Shown here one piece after another: positions 48,500 to 57,878 of a DNA stretch of 64,000 bases. Under the pieces are notes generated by a model. The model made no database searches, had not been told where the DNA came from, and was given only the letters and a program-made list of their open reading frames with translations. This DNA comes from an uncultured Candidatus Rokubacteria bacterium (lineage in GTDB: Bacteria; Methylomirabilota; Methylomirabilia; Rokubacteriales; DASRDR01), in the NCBI GenBank assembly GCA_963826115.1, contig CAWGVS010000005.1, positions 1,248,001 to 1,312,000 of the forward strand. Direction: 5' to 3'. The translations under genes and the position numbers were made by a program. Position 1 is the first letter of the stretch, and every line of letters starts with the position of its first letter.

Positions 48500-51202
48500 A
48501 TGACCGGAAACCGTCCCCTCGCCCGCCTGCGGTGGGGCATCGTCGCCGCGCTACTCGCCCTGGCCGTCGTCGTGCGCGCGAGCGCGATGTTCTACGGGAG
48601 CATCTCGCCCGACGACGCCACCGTGGCCCTCATGGCCAAGCACGTCCTGTCGGGGGAAAACTTCCCGGCCTTCTTCTACCGCCAGACGTACATGGGATCG
48701 CTCAACGGGATCCACCTCGTCCCGGCGCTCTACCTATTCGGACCGTCGCCGCTCCTGGTTCGCCTGAACGCGATCGCCTGGTCGCTCCTGCTGCCGCTGG
48801 GTCTCTACCATCTCGGCCGCCGCATCTTCGGCGAGCCGACCGGGCTCGCCACCCTCGCGCTCGCAGCGGTCCCGCCCTTCCTCCTCGTGTACTGGAGCAC
48901 GGTCGCCGAGCCCCATCTCGAGACGAACGTCTTCGGGGTGTGGCTGCTCCTCCTGGCCCTCGCCGCGGTGACCGCCCCTTCCGAGCCTGCGCGGACGCGG
49001 GCGCTGGTGGTGTTCGGGCTCCTGGGCGGGCTGGCGCTGTGGACCAACGTCAAGGCGCTCGTGATTCTCGTCCCGGCCCTCGCGGTGCTGGCTCTGCGCG
49101 CCCCCCGCGCGCTTGTCGGCCGGGGCGGACTCTCGATGGCGGGTGGCTTCGCCCTGGGGACCATGCCGGCATGGCTCTTCTACCTGGTCCACGGAGACCG
49201 CGCCGAGGGCACGCTGGGCTCGGTGGCAAACGTCCTCGGCGTGAGCGTCGACCTCTCGCCGGCGCGGCTCGGCGGGTTCGTGGACAATACTGTCCTGCCG
49301 CTCATGGGAACGTACTACTGGGGGCCGTGGACGCGGCTGCGCTGGGCAGGTCTCGCCGCGAACTGCGCCGTCTACGTCCTCGCCGTGGGGCTGGCGCTCG
49401 GCGAGCTCGCCGGCCGGCGGCACGCCGCGCGGCCGATCCGTCGCGCCTCTGGGCTCGCCCTTCTCCTGCTCACCCTTGCCGTGTCGCTCGCCGCCGTGTA
49501 CGTCTCGGAGATCGCCAGGAGGCCCACGGCCGAGACCTCCCGGTACGCCCTCCCGGCCTACATCCCCCTCCTGGTGCTTGCCGGCGCGCTGGTCGCGCGA
49601 GCGAGCCGGAGGTCCCGGGCGGCCGCAACTGGACTGCTGGCGTTCCTGCTGCTGTTCGCAGGGTGGACCAGCCTCGCCTTCCTCTGGCCGCTCTCCCCCA
49701 AGCTGCGCGCGCGCGAGTCCGCGAAGGCCAGCGCGTACGAGGAGGTCCGGCGCGTTCTGGCCACCCGGCCGGTCGAGGCCCTCTACGTCGACGAGACCTT
49801 CAACGCGCTCGTGTGGGCGTTCCTGCTCGACCGCCCGACGGTGTCGGCCCTGACCACCGACCTCTACGCGCCGAACGCGCTGGCGGCCGACGCCGCCTCG
49901 CGCATCGACATCCTGGCCGTCACCGACCCAGTCAACGTGGAGCGGGGCCTCGCGGCTCTCGGCGCCACCTCCCGGCAGACGACGATCGCCCGGTGGCGGC
50001 TGTTCGAGGACGTCCTGACGCCCGCCCGCGCGTACCGGATGGCGCCCCGGACCGGATGGCGCGTCGTGGGGGATCAGCGAGTGCCGGCCTCGGTCGCGGA
50101 CGGCGACCTCGGAACCGTGTGGCCGCCGCCCCGGCCAAACGGTCCGCGCGACGTCGTCGTCGACCTGGGGCGGCCGCACGAGGTCGCCAGGCTCATCTTC
50201 TGGCCGTCGCTGCCGTCCAGCGAGGTGTTCCCGCTCCTGCTGTCGGCGTCGGTCGACGGGACCCGCTGGGAGCCGCTCGGCACGGTCCCGACGCTGCCGA
50301 GACAGCCGGGCTTCGTGGCCAGCGGCCGCCCGGTGTTCCGGCCGAGAAACGGGTGGCTGGAGCTCGTCGTGTCCTCCCGTCTCCTTCGCTACGTCCGGAT
50401 CGAGCCGGAGGAGCCGGTGGGGGACGCTCCCTGGGGTATCTCGGAGCTGCACGTCTACGGGCCGGACAGTGCCGGGCCTCCGCCGCCCGTCAGCGTGGAA
50501 GCGCTCCTCGGATGGCTTCGCGGTCACGAGATCCAGCGGCTCCTGGCCGACCCGGTCGTGTCCGCCCGCGTCGATCGGGCGACGGGAGGCGCCGTGACGA
50601 CGCTGATCGCCAATGGCGCGCTGGACAACCACGGCGAGGCGCCGCCCGGCTGGCTCGCCCGCCCGCTCCGGCTGCGCGCCGGGGATGCGCTGCTCGTGCC
50701 GACCGAGGACGTGCCGGAGCTCCGCGACCGCCTGGAGGCCGCCCACACGCAGTTCCTCGTCGATACGATCGCCGGCCACGCCTTCGTCCGCGTCGTCGCG
50801 CCGCTGGCGGCGCCGGCGCCGTGCATCAGGCCGAACGGTCGTGCGGTCTCACGCGAGCCTGGACGCCAGGGCAGCGCTTCCCGGGTCACGCTGGAAGCCC
50901 GCCTGGAAGACGAGGCGCTCGTCTCGGGGGTCCGGCTCTGGCACCCGACGGCTCCGGGACCGACGGCGGTCCAGGTCGCGGCGTCGCGGGATGGCCGCGC
51001 CTGGCAACCTGTCGCGGCCGCGCGGGTCGTCCCCGCCTGGGGATGGGCCGGCCGGACGCTCTTCACGGCGTGGGATCCTCTGGCGGAGGTCGTGTTCGAT
51101 CCGGCGTCAGCCCGTCACGTCCGGGTCACCGTGACCTCCGATGCCGAGGACGTCCGGATCCTCTGCGTCCGCGGGGACGTCGGCGGCGGCGTTCGCCGAT
51201 AG
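48500..51202 (+). CDS. ArnT/PMT-like (GT-C) membrane glycosyltransferase with C-terminal discoidin (F5/8C)-like domains
   Basis: Acidic loop SPDDA after TM1, FFYRQTYMGSL, ~11-12 TM, DGDLGTVW...VVDLG...S.DG..W repeated. Confidence 0.75.
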   Translation: MTGNRPLARLRWGIVAALLALAVVVRASAMFYGSISPDDATVALMAKHVLSGENFPAFFYRQTYMGSLNGIHLVPALYLFGPSPLLVRLNAIAWSLLLPLGLYHLGRRIFGEPTGLATLALAAVPPFLLVYWSTVAEPHLETNVFGVWLLLLALAAVTAPSEPARTRALVVFGLLGGLALWTNVKALVILVPALAVLALRAPRALVGRGGLSMAGGFALGTMPAWLFYLVHGDRAEGTLGSVANVLGVSVDLSPARLGGFVDNTVLPLMGTYYWGPWTRLRWAGLAANCAVYVLAVGLALGELAGRRHAARPIRRASGLALLLLTLAVSLAAVYVSEIARRPTAETSRYALPAYIPLLVLAGALVARASRRSRAAATGLLAFLLLFAGWTSLAFLWPLSPKLRARESAKASAYEEVRRVLATRPVEALYVDETFNALVWAFLLDRPTVSALTTDLYAPNALAADAASRIDILAVTDPVNVERGLAALGATSRQTTIARWRLFEDVLTPARAYRMAPRTGWRVVGDQRVPASVADGDLGTVWPPPRPNGPRDVVVDLGRPHEVARLIFWPSLPSSEVFPLLLSASVDGTRWEPLGTVPTLPRQPGFVASGRPVFRPRNGWLELVVSSRLLRYVRIEPEEPVGDAPWGISELHVYGPDSAGPPPPVSVEALLGWLRGHEIQRLLADPVVSARVDRATGGAVTTLIANGALDNHGEAPPGWLARPLRLRAGDALLVPTEDVPELRDRLEAAHTQFLVDTIAGHAFVRVVAPLAAPAPCIRPNGRAVSREPGRQGSASRVTLEARLEDEALVSGVRLWHPTAPGPTAVQVAASRDGRAWQPVAAARVVPAWGWAGRTLFTAWDPLAEVVFDPASARHVRVTVTSDAEDVRILCVRGDVGGGVRR

Positions 51203-51288
51203 CCCGTGCCCTTCCGTCGATCGACCGCGACCCCGCCTCGGCCGCGCGGGCGCCCGCCGACCGGACGACGCCGCACGCCCGCATGGTG

Positions 51289-51468
51289 CTCCCTGAGCTG
51301 GCTCCTCAACGGCGCGCGGATCACGCCGATCGTGGACCGGTCGAGCGTGGCCCTCCGTCCTGCTCCTCCTCTGGCCTCCCGCGGCCATCGCGTTCACAAT
51401 CCTGGCGTTCAACATCCTGGGGGACGGCCGCCGCGACCTGCTCGTCCCCCGGCTCCGCCGCGGCACGC
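51289..51468 (+). pseudogene. Internally deleted, decayed copy of the dppC-like gene at 46946-47827
   Basis: 51289-51350 aligns to 47186-47247 and 51352-51468 aligns to 47709-47824 (shared tcctggcgttcaacatcctggggga...cgcgacctgctcg). Confidence 0.8.
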
Positions 51469-51513
51469 GGGCCCCGGCGTCGGCGTCGAAATCACCACCC
51501 CGAGGAGGATCTC

Positions 51514-52338
51514 GTGAGCACTGTCGAGCGGCACTACACCCACGGGCGCCTGATCCGGGCCATCACCGAGGGGCTCGCCGCCCTGGGGAAGACGCCCGAC
51601 ACCGTCGCCGTCGACGACCTGGGGCCGGTGGACGAGTTCCACATCGGCGGGCGGACGGCGACCGACGGCCTGATGACGCAGCTCCACCTGGACAAGGGCC
51701 TCCACGTCCTGGACGTGGGAAGCGGCCTCGGCGGAGCGGCGCGCTTCGTCGCCAGCCGCTACGGCTGTCTCGTGACGGGGGTCGACCTCACCGAGGAGTA
51801 CGTCGAGACGGCCCGTACGCTCAGCCAGTGGACCCGGCTCGACGGGCGCCTGCGCTTCCACCACGGGAGCGCCCTCGAGATGCCGTTCGCCGACGCCGAG
51901 TTCGACCGGGCGTACATGCTCCACGTCGGCATGAACATCGCTGACAAGACGGCGCTCTTCGCGGAGGTGGCCCGCGTGCTGAAGCCGGACGCCATCTTCG
52001 CCGTCTACGACGTCATGCAGGTCGGCGACGGCATCCTGACCTTCCCCGTGCCGTGGGCGGCGACGCCGGACATCAGCGCGCTGGCGACGCCCGACGTCTA
52101 CAAGGCCGCGCTGCGGGCGAGCCGCTTCCAGCTCGAGGCCGAGCGCAACCGCCACGACCTGGCCGTCGAGTTCTTCAAGACGCTACGGGCCCGCATGGCC
52201 GGTGCCGGCGGCCCCCCGCCGCTCGGCCTCCACCTCGTCATGGGCTCGGACACCCCGACGAAGGTCGCCAACATGATGTCGAACATCGAGCGGGGCGTCA
52301 TCGCCCCCGTGGAGTTGATCGCCCGACGCGCCTCCTAG
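51514..52338 (+). CDS. Class I SAM methyltransferase (sarcosine/dimethylglycine N-methyltransferase-like)
   Basis: VDEFHIGG, VLDVGSGLGG, MLHVGMNI, PVPWA. RBS GAGGAGG before the GTG. Confidence 0.88.
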   Translation: MSTVERHYTHGRLIRAITEGLAALGKTPDTVAVDDLGPVDEFHIGGRTATDGLMTQLHLDKGLHVLDVGSGLGGAARFVASRYGCLVTGVDLTEEYVETARTLSQWTRLDGRLRFHHGSALEMPFADAEFDRAYMLHVGMNIADKTALFAEVARVLKPDAIFAVYDVMQVGDGILTFPVPWAATPDISALATPDVYKAALRASRFQLEAERNRHDLAVEFFKTLRARMAGAGGPPPLGLHLVMGSDTPTKVANMMSNIERGVIAPVELIARRAS

Positions 52339-52460
52339 CGGGCTCCGGAACACTCGGTGGCTGACGAGTGAACGGACGGCGCTCAACACGACACCGGCAG
52401 GTTGTACAGCGCCGCGGCCAGAGCCAGCCGCGCCGACGTCACGGCGACTTGGCCGCATTC

Positions 52461-52490
52461 TTGGCTGCACAGCATTCAATGTCCTATAAT
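52461..52490 (+). promoter_or_regulatory. sigma70 promoter of the glycosyltransferase cluster
   Basis: TTGGCT-N18-TATAAT (perfect -10 in high-GC DNA). Confidence 0.7.
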
Positions 52491-52564
52491 GCCGCCATGA
52501 TTCAGTCGGGAGGAGCGCTGATTCGACATCCTCGGGTGAGCCGTAGCTCATAGGCCACGCCGCG

Positions 52565-53791
52565 ATGGCGTCGTCCGCCGACTTTCCCGCATCGTCGTCC
52601 GTCCCACTCCAGGCGATTGGGACGTCCCCCTCCTCCCCTATCCGCGAGAACCAAGACACCCTGCTCGTGTCGGTGGTCATGCCGTGTCTCAACGAGGCGG
52701 GCGCCGTGGGCCAGTGCGTCCAAACGGCCCTGCAGACGCTGAAGGACATGAACACGGCGGGTGAGGTCCTCGTCGTCGACAACGGCTCGAGCGACGGCTC
52801 TGCGGAGATCGCTGGCCGGGCGGGGGCGAGAGTCATTCACGAGCGGCGTCGGGGCTACGGGGCCGCCTACCTGCGCGGATTCCAGGAAGCGCGGGGGACG
52901 TATCTCGTCATGGGGGATTCCGACGGGAGCTACGAGTTCACGGACATCCCCCGCTTCATCGAGCCGCTCGCGCGGAACGACTACGACATGGTGATTGGCA
53001 CACGGCTCAAGGGCAACATCCTGCCGGGCGCGATGCCGTGGTCCCATCGGTGGATCGGGAATCCCATCCTCTCCGGCATGCTGCGCCTGCTCTTCCACAC
53101 CCGTCTGTCGGATTCTCACTGCGGGATGCGGGCATTCACTCGGGACGCCTATCGGAAGCTACCGATGCGCGCGACCGGGATGGAGTTCGCGTCGGAGCTG
53201 GTCGTCAACGCGCTCCGCGCCCACCTGCGGATCCAAGAGATCCCAATCACGTATCGCCCGCGAGCCGGGGAGTCCAAGCTCGTCGGACTGAGGGACGCCT
53301 GGCGCCACGTGCGGTTCATGCTGCTGTACTCGCCTTCGTACCTGTTCCAGCTGCCGGGTCTGTGCCTGGTCCTGGCGGGCACCTTCCTGGTGGCCTCGCT
53401 CGCGGAAGGCCCACGCGCGCTCTTCGGGCGCCAGTGGGACTTCCACGTGCTTCTCTTCGGCGCCCTCATGCTGATCCTGGGTTACAACCTGGTCCTGTTC
53501 GACATCTTCGCGAAAACCTTCTCGATGGGAGCAGGCTTCGCCAGCACGACTCACTGGTTCCCCCGGCTGCTCCGATCGTTCAGTCTCGAGAAGGGCCTTG
53601 TCGCGGGATCTCTGCTCTTCCTGGCCGGACTCGGGCTCGAGGCCAAGATCGTGATCGACTGGGCGAGATCCGGGTACGGCGAGCTCATGGCCGTCCGCGG
53701 GATCGTGGTCGGCATGATTGCCATGGTCCTGGGCGCCCAGACGATCTTCGCGTCGTTTCTGACCAGCCTGCTCCTCATCCAGCGACGTTGA
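52565..53791 (+). CDS. GT2 polyprenol-phosphate glycosyltransferase (DPM/DPG synthase-like) with 4 C-terminal TM
   Basis: VVMPCLNE, VDNGSSDGS, GYG, MGDSDG (DxD), DSHCGMR, GMEFASE. True start may be downstream. Confidence 0.9.
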   Translation: MASSADFPASSSVPLQAIGTSPSSPIRENQDTLLVSVVMPCLNEAGAVGQCVQTALQTLKDMNTAGEVLVVDNGSSDGSAEIAGRAGARVIHERRRGYGAAYLRGFQEARGTYLVMGDSDGSYEFTDIPRFIEPLARNDYDMVIGTRLKGNILPGAMPWSHRWIGNPILSGMLRLLFHTRLSDSHCGMRAFTRDAYRKLPMRATGMEFASELVVNALRAHLRIQEIPITYRPRAGESKLVGLRDAWRHVRFMLLYSPSYLFQLPGLCLVLAGTFLVASLAEGPRALFGRQWDFHVLLFGALMLILGYNLVLFDIFAKTFSMGAGFASTTHWFPRLLRSFSLEKGLVAGSLLFLAGLGLEAKIVIDWARSGYGELMAVRGIVVGMIAMVLGAQTIFASFLTSLLLIQRR

Positions 53792-53866
53792 CGGAGGGAT
53801 CTGATCGTTCCGCTGACGACAGCGGCTGCTCGAACTGAGTCCCTCCGAGGGCTACGGATCGGACTG

Positions 53867-55036
53867 GTGACCCACTACATGCCGCCTCACATCGGCGGCA
53901 TCGAGCTCCTGGGTGACACCCTCTTCGAGGCGTACGCCGCCGCGGGCGCCGAGGTTCGTTGGATTGCGAGTCGCGCGCCCAGCACAACTCGCCATCGAGA
54001 CGGTGGCCGGATACGTGTGTCGTGCTGGAATGGGTTCGAGCGCTGGCTTGGGGTGCCGTGGCCCGTGTGGGGGCCGTCGGGGGTCGTCGAGGTCGGCCGC
54101 CTCGTGAAGTGGGCCGATGTGATTCACGTTCACGATTGCCTCTACATCGGCAGCGCCGTCGCCGCGGTCACGGCGACGCGCCGCCATAAGCCGATCATCC
54201 TCTCGCAGCACATCGGCCTGGTCCAGTACAGCGCCAGGATGCTGACCACGATTCAGCGTCTCGCGTATCGCACACTGGGCAAGGCGGTGCTGAGGCGGGC
54301 AACTCGCATCGTGTGCTGTACGCCGACCGCCGCGAGCTTCCTCTCCGAACTGCTCGAGGAGGGCACCCGCCTCAACAGCATTCCAAACGGAATCGACACG
54401 GAGCGGTTCCACCCGGCATCGCCAGTCGAGCGACGCTCCGCCCGGCAGCGATTCGGTGTCCCAGAATCGGCTCAAGTCGTGCTTTTCGTCGGCCGCCTCG
54501 TGGAAAAGAAGGGAACCAGACTCTTCCTAGAAGTGGCACGCGCTCACCCACGGCTGCAGTTCCTGATGATAGGGGACGGGCCGCTCAGGGTGCCAACGAC
54601 CCAGACCAACGTGACATGGCTTCCCCGAGTGCCACCGACCGAAATGGTGGGTGCGTACCACGCAGCCGACGTTCTCCTGTTACCGTCGGAAGGCGAGGGA
54701 TTTCCGCTTGCGGTGGTCGAGGCGATGGCGGCCGGAGTGCCGGTCATCTGCTCCCGGGACGAGGAGTTCAGCCGGACGCTCGAGGGCAAGGGCGCAGTGT
54801 TCGCGGCAGAGCGTACGCCGCGGGCCCTGGCTGATGCGCTCACAAGCGCGCTCGAACCCCAGGGCCGCTCGGAGGCCGTTGCTCGGCGCGCCCGCGAGGT
54901 CGCCGTTCGGGAGTTCGGCCTGGACGCCATGGTCGCTCGATACCACTCCCTTCTCCTGAGCCTCGTCGGAGGAACCGAGAGCGGCGAGCGTCCGGGGCGG
55001 ACGTTGGGTCGCCAAGTTGACCACGGAGCGCGATGA
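53867..55036 (+). CDS. GT4 family glycosyltransferase
   Basis: (LRIGLV)THYMPPHIGG, PNGID, FVGRL..KKG, EGFPLAVVEAMA. The conserved N-terminal beta-strand lies upstream of 53867. Confidence 0.9.
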   Translation: MTHYMPPHIGGIELLGDTLFEAYAAAGAEVRWIASRAPSTTRHRDGGRIRVSCWNGFERWLGVPWPVWGPSGVVEVGRLVKWADVIHVHDCLYIGSAVAAVTATRRHKPIILSQHIGLVQYSARMLTTIQRLAYRTLGKAVLRRATRIVCCTPTAASFLSELLEEGTRLNSIPNGIDTERFHPASPVERRSARQRFGVPESAQVVLFVGRLVEKKGTRLFLEVARAHPRLQFLMIGDGPLRVPTTQTNVTWLPRVPPTEMVGAYHAADVLLLPSEGEGFPLAVVEAMAAGVPVICSRDEEFSRTLEGKGAVFAAERTPRALADALTSALEPQGRSEAVARRAREVAVREFGLDAMVARYHSLLLSLVGGTESGERPGRTLGRQVDHGAR

Positions 55037-55149
55037 CCGATCGGAGCAGGGCGAGCGGATCTCCCGAGTCGACGTTTCACGGCCTGATTCGGATCCCGCC
55101 GAACCCAGGATTTCGCGCCTTGATCCCGCGACCCGAGAACAAGAGTCCC

Positions 55150-55391
55150 GTAGCTGCTGGACCTCGAGTACCGAGGTCCGGGCGATCGCAGTGTTGCACA
55201 TCGACGGGGGCTGGCACGACAGTGTCGACCTCGATCATCTGGACGGCCGCGTGACTTCCGGCGGCGTGATTCAAGTCGATGACTATGGACTCTGGGGCTC
55301 GCAAGGCCGGGCACGAGCTCCTCAACCGTCGCTCCATCAACTCGTGTCTCCTTCGCCTCGAATACACCGGACGCACGCTATCAAGGTCTGA
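55150..55391 (+). pseudogene. Remnant of a TylF/MycF-like O-methyltransferase
   Basis: IAVLHIDGGWHDSV...GRVTSGGVIQVDDYGLWG matches only the C-terminal half of the family, with deletions. Confidence 0.6.
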
Positions 55392-55394
55392 GGC

Positions 55395-56996
55395 GTGACG
55401 ATTCTACCGTCCAATACCGTCCGCCCAGTTTCCTCCCCGTTGACGAGCGCGAGACAGTGGATGACTGCTCTCGGACTCTTCCTCGTGGTCTCGGCCGTGT
55501 ACGCCCTGTCAGGACCCGGTCGAATCGACATCATCGATGGTCAACTACGGTACGAGGTGGCCCTGAACCTGCTAAACGGTGGGCGCCCCGAGATTCGCGA
55601 CCCCGTCCTGCGCTTTGCCAGCCTGCCCGGGCGTGATGGGTCCGTCTATTCCTTCTACAACGCCGGCGCATCCCTCGCGGGGCTCCCACTACTCTGGCTC
55701 GGGCAGGTGGCACATCGCAACCAAGAGACGCCGCGATTCATGTTTTCCCTAACGTCGGCGCTCTTCGGTGGACTGGTGGCGGCGGCGCTGTATGTCTTCT
55801 ACCGAACCCTGGGCGTCGAAGGCGGTGCGGCGCTCGGATGGGTCGCTGTTAACGCCTTCGGAACGCTGATCTGGCCACTGGCCACCTCGACATTCGATCA
55901 GGCACAACACGCGGCCCTGATCCTGATCGCGGTCGGGCTCGGCCGTGGCAGCGCCAAGCGGGACTCGAAGTGGCTTGCGTTCGCCGCAGGTCTTCCGGCG
56001 GCCGCGCTACTGAACTATCAGGAGTCGTACGCGTTAGTGGTTCCGGCGCTCGCCCTGTCCACACTGGAATGGAATAGGGAGTCCGGCGTCGCGCGGGGCT
56101 CGTACGGCCGGTACGGTTGCTTTCTCGTGGCTGCGGGGCTCGGACTGGCCGGCTGGCTCGCGTTCAATGCGGTGCGATTCGGTAACCCAATGTTCTTCGT
56201 AGGCAAGCTACCCCGGGAGGGACACCCCGCTGGATCCCTCTTCGGAGACCCCGCCGCCGGATTCCTGAGCCTCTTGTTCAGTCCGGGCAAGAGCATTCTG
56301 CTCTACAGTCCAATTGTGGTCCTGGGCTTCCTGGGAGCACGAGCTCTGTGGAAAAAGGATCCCGTCCTCGTTCTCACCCTTGTAACGGTCAGCACCATCC
56401 ACCTCATGTTCGTCTCCGCCCTTCGGTTCTTCGGGAGCGACTGGGCCTGGGGACCCCGATATCTCGTGCCACTCCTCCCCTTGTGGGCGCTCGGATTCCC
56501 TTTCCTCAGGACGTCGACGATTCGCCGAAGCGTTTGCAGCGCGGTGGTGGGGCTCGGGATTCTCGTGCAGCTGTTGGCGCTGAGCGTGGACCACCAGCGG
56601 TTCTTCTTCGAACGCGGCCTACCGCCGTTCTTCTGGGCTACGGATGCGTGGTTTTACTTCCGAGAATCGGCGCTACTCGCGCGTCCGGGGGAGATCCTGG
56701 TGTCGTTGAGGGACGGCGTGCCTGAGGAGGCCCGGCGTTTCGCGCCGAGCCCGTATCCCGACGCATTGACCTACGCAATCGCCGGGCCATCTCGGCGCGG
56801 GCTCCCGCCCTCGTGGATGCGTCAATTCCAGGTGTTCTATCTGCCGAGACCCTGGCCGCTGTGGATGCGCGCCATCCGCGCCGATCACCGACCGGTTGCC
56901 TTGGGCCCGACCATCCTAGGCCTCGTCGCCGGTGGCACCGTTGGACTGGGTCTGATCTATTGCGGCCGTGACCGGGCTCCAACCCGAAGGCCGTAA
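55395..56996 (+). CDS. GT-C-like polytopic membrane protein (putative lipid-linked-sugar glycosyltransferase)
   Basis: Acidic loop RIDIIDG after TM1, ~12 TM, LFSPGKSILLYSP, WAWGPRYL. Confidence 0.7.
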   Translation: MTILPSNTVRPVSSPLTSARQWMTALGLFLVVSAVYALSGPGRIDIIDGQLRYEVALNLLNGGRPEIRDPVLRFASLPGRDGSVYSFYNAGASLAGLPLLWLGQVAHRNQETPRFMFSLTSALFGGLVAAALYVFYRTLGVEGGAALGWVAVNAFGTLIWPLATSTFDQAQHAALILIAVGLGRGSAKRDSKWLAFAAGLPAAALLNYQESYALVVPALALSTLEWNRESGVARGSYGRYGCFLVAAGLGLAGWLAFNAVRFGNPMFFVGKLPREGHPAGSLFGDPAAGFLSLLFSPGKSILLYSPIVVLGFLGARALWKKDPVLVLTLVTVSTIHLMFVSALRFFGSDWAWGPRYLVPLLPLWALGFPFLRTSTIRRSVCSAVVGLGILVQLLALSVDHQRFFFERGLPPFFWATDAWFYFRESALLARPGEILVSLRDGVPEEARRFAPSPYPDALTYAIAGPSRRGLPPSWMRQFQVFYLPRPWPLWMRAIRADHRPVALGPTILGLVAGGTVGLGLIYCGRDRAPTRRP

Positions 56997-57063
56997 CGGA
57001 CCCCGGTAACAACGAGGGGTGTTCCGGACTCCGTGCTTCGGCTACTAGATTCCGTCCTTCTCC

Positions 57064-57774
57064 TCAGCGGCGAGGGCGCGCCAACAGCGTCACCACGTCG
57101 CCGCGCCGGGGCAAGTTGAACGTGTAGAGCCCATACAGGAGGCGTCCCACGAGGCGCGAGGTCGGCGTGGGCGCAGCCGAGGGCGGCCCACCGGGAAGCC
57201 ATTCGACCAGACTACGGTAGACCGGCGAGTAGAATGGAAAGCCCCAGCCAAAGAGATCGACGACCTCGAGGCCGACACGCTGCGCCTTGTCCCGCAACCC
57301 GTCGAACGTGTAGTTCCGCACGTGCCCGATACGCTTTTCGGAGGGACGCATCCGGCCACACATGCTGGTCACCAGCACCCACCGGTCAGCCATCTGCGCG
57401 ATGTGGGAAAGCGCGGAGACGTCGTCCATCAGGTGCTCGATGACCTGCAACGAGATGACCAGGTCGAAGCGCTCGGACAAGCACTGGCGCTCTATGTCCA
57501 GCTCAATCAGCCTCGCCGATGGCACCCGCTGCCGGGCCAGCGCGAGCGCCTCCCGGGAAATGTCCACCCCGGTCAGTGTCAGGCCGGGCAGCGCCGCCAG
57601 CGCACTCAAGTTGTCACCGGAGCCACAACCGACGTCGAGGATCGTGCGCACGTCCAGTCGACGGACCCGTGCCAACAGTGCGTCACGTTGATGACGATGC
57701 ACCGGGCCGCGACGCTGCAGCTCCCCCCACGTCTCACGCCAGAGGCGATCGTAGGTGTCGCGGACCTCGCTCAT
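57064..57774 (-). CDS. Class I SAM-dependent methyltransferase
   Basis: ILDVGCGSG, GVDIS, QVIEHL, GHVRNY. Confidence 0.88.
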   Translation of the reverse strand: MSEVRDTYDRLWRETWGELQRRGPVHRHQRDALLARVRRLDVRTILDVGCGSGDNLSALAALPGLTLTGVDISREALALARQRVPSARLIELDIERQCLSERFDLVISLQVIEHLMDDVSALSHIAQMADRWVLVTSMCGRMRPSEKRIGHVRNYTFDGLRDKAQRVGLEVVDLFGWGFPFYSPVYRSLVEWLPGGPPSAAPTPTSRLVGRLLYGLYTFNLPRRGDVVTLLARPRR

Positions 57775-57878
57775 ATCATGGCCCTCTACGTACGCAAGCC
57801 ACGGCCCGAGATGCTCAGTCGATCATGCCGGCGCTCGGCCGCGATCGGGCTTGCGGTGACCCCGCGCCGCCCGCGGAA

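Noticed and set aside
57794-57810. Third sigma54 site upstream of the 57774 methyltransferase (GG-N10-GC)
   Set aside because: The -24 box (CGGGCCG) is too far from TGGCACG and likely arises by chance in GC-rich DNA
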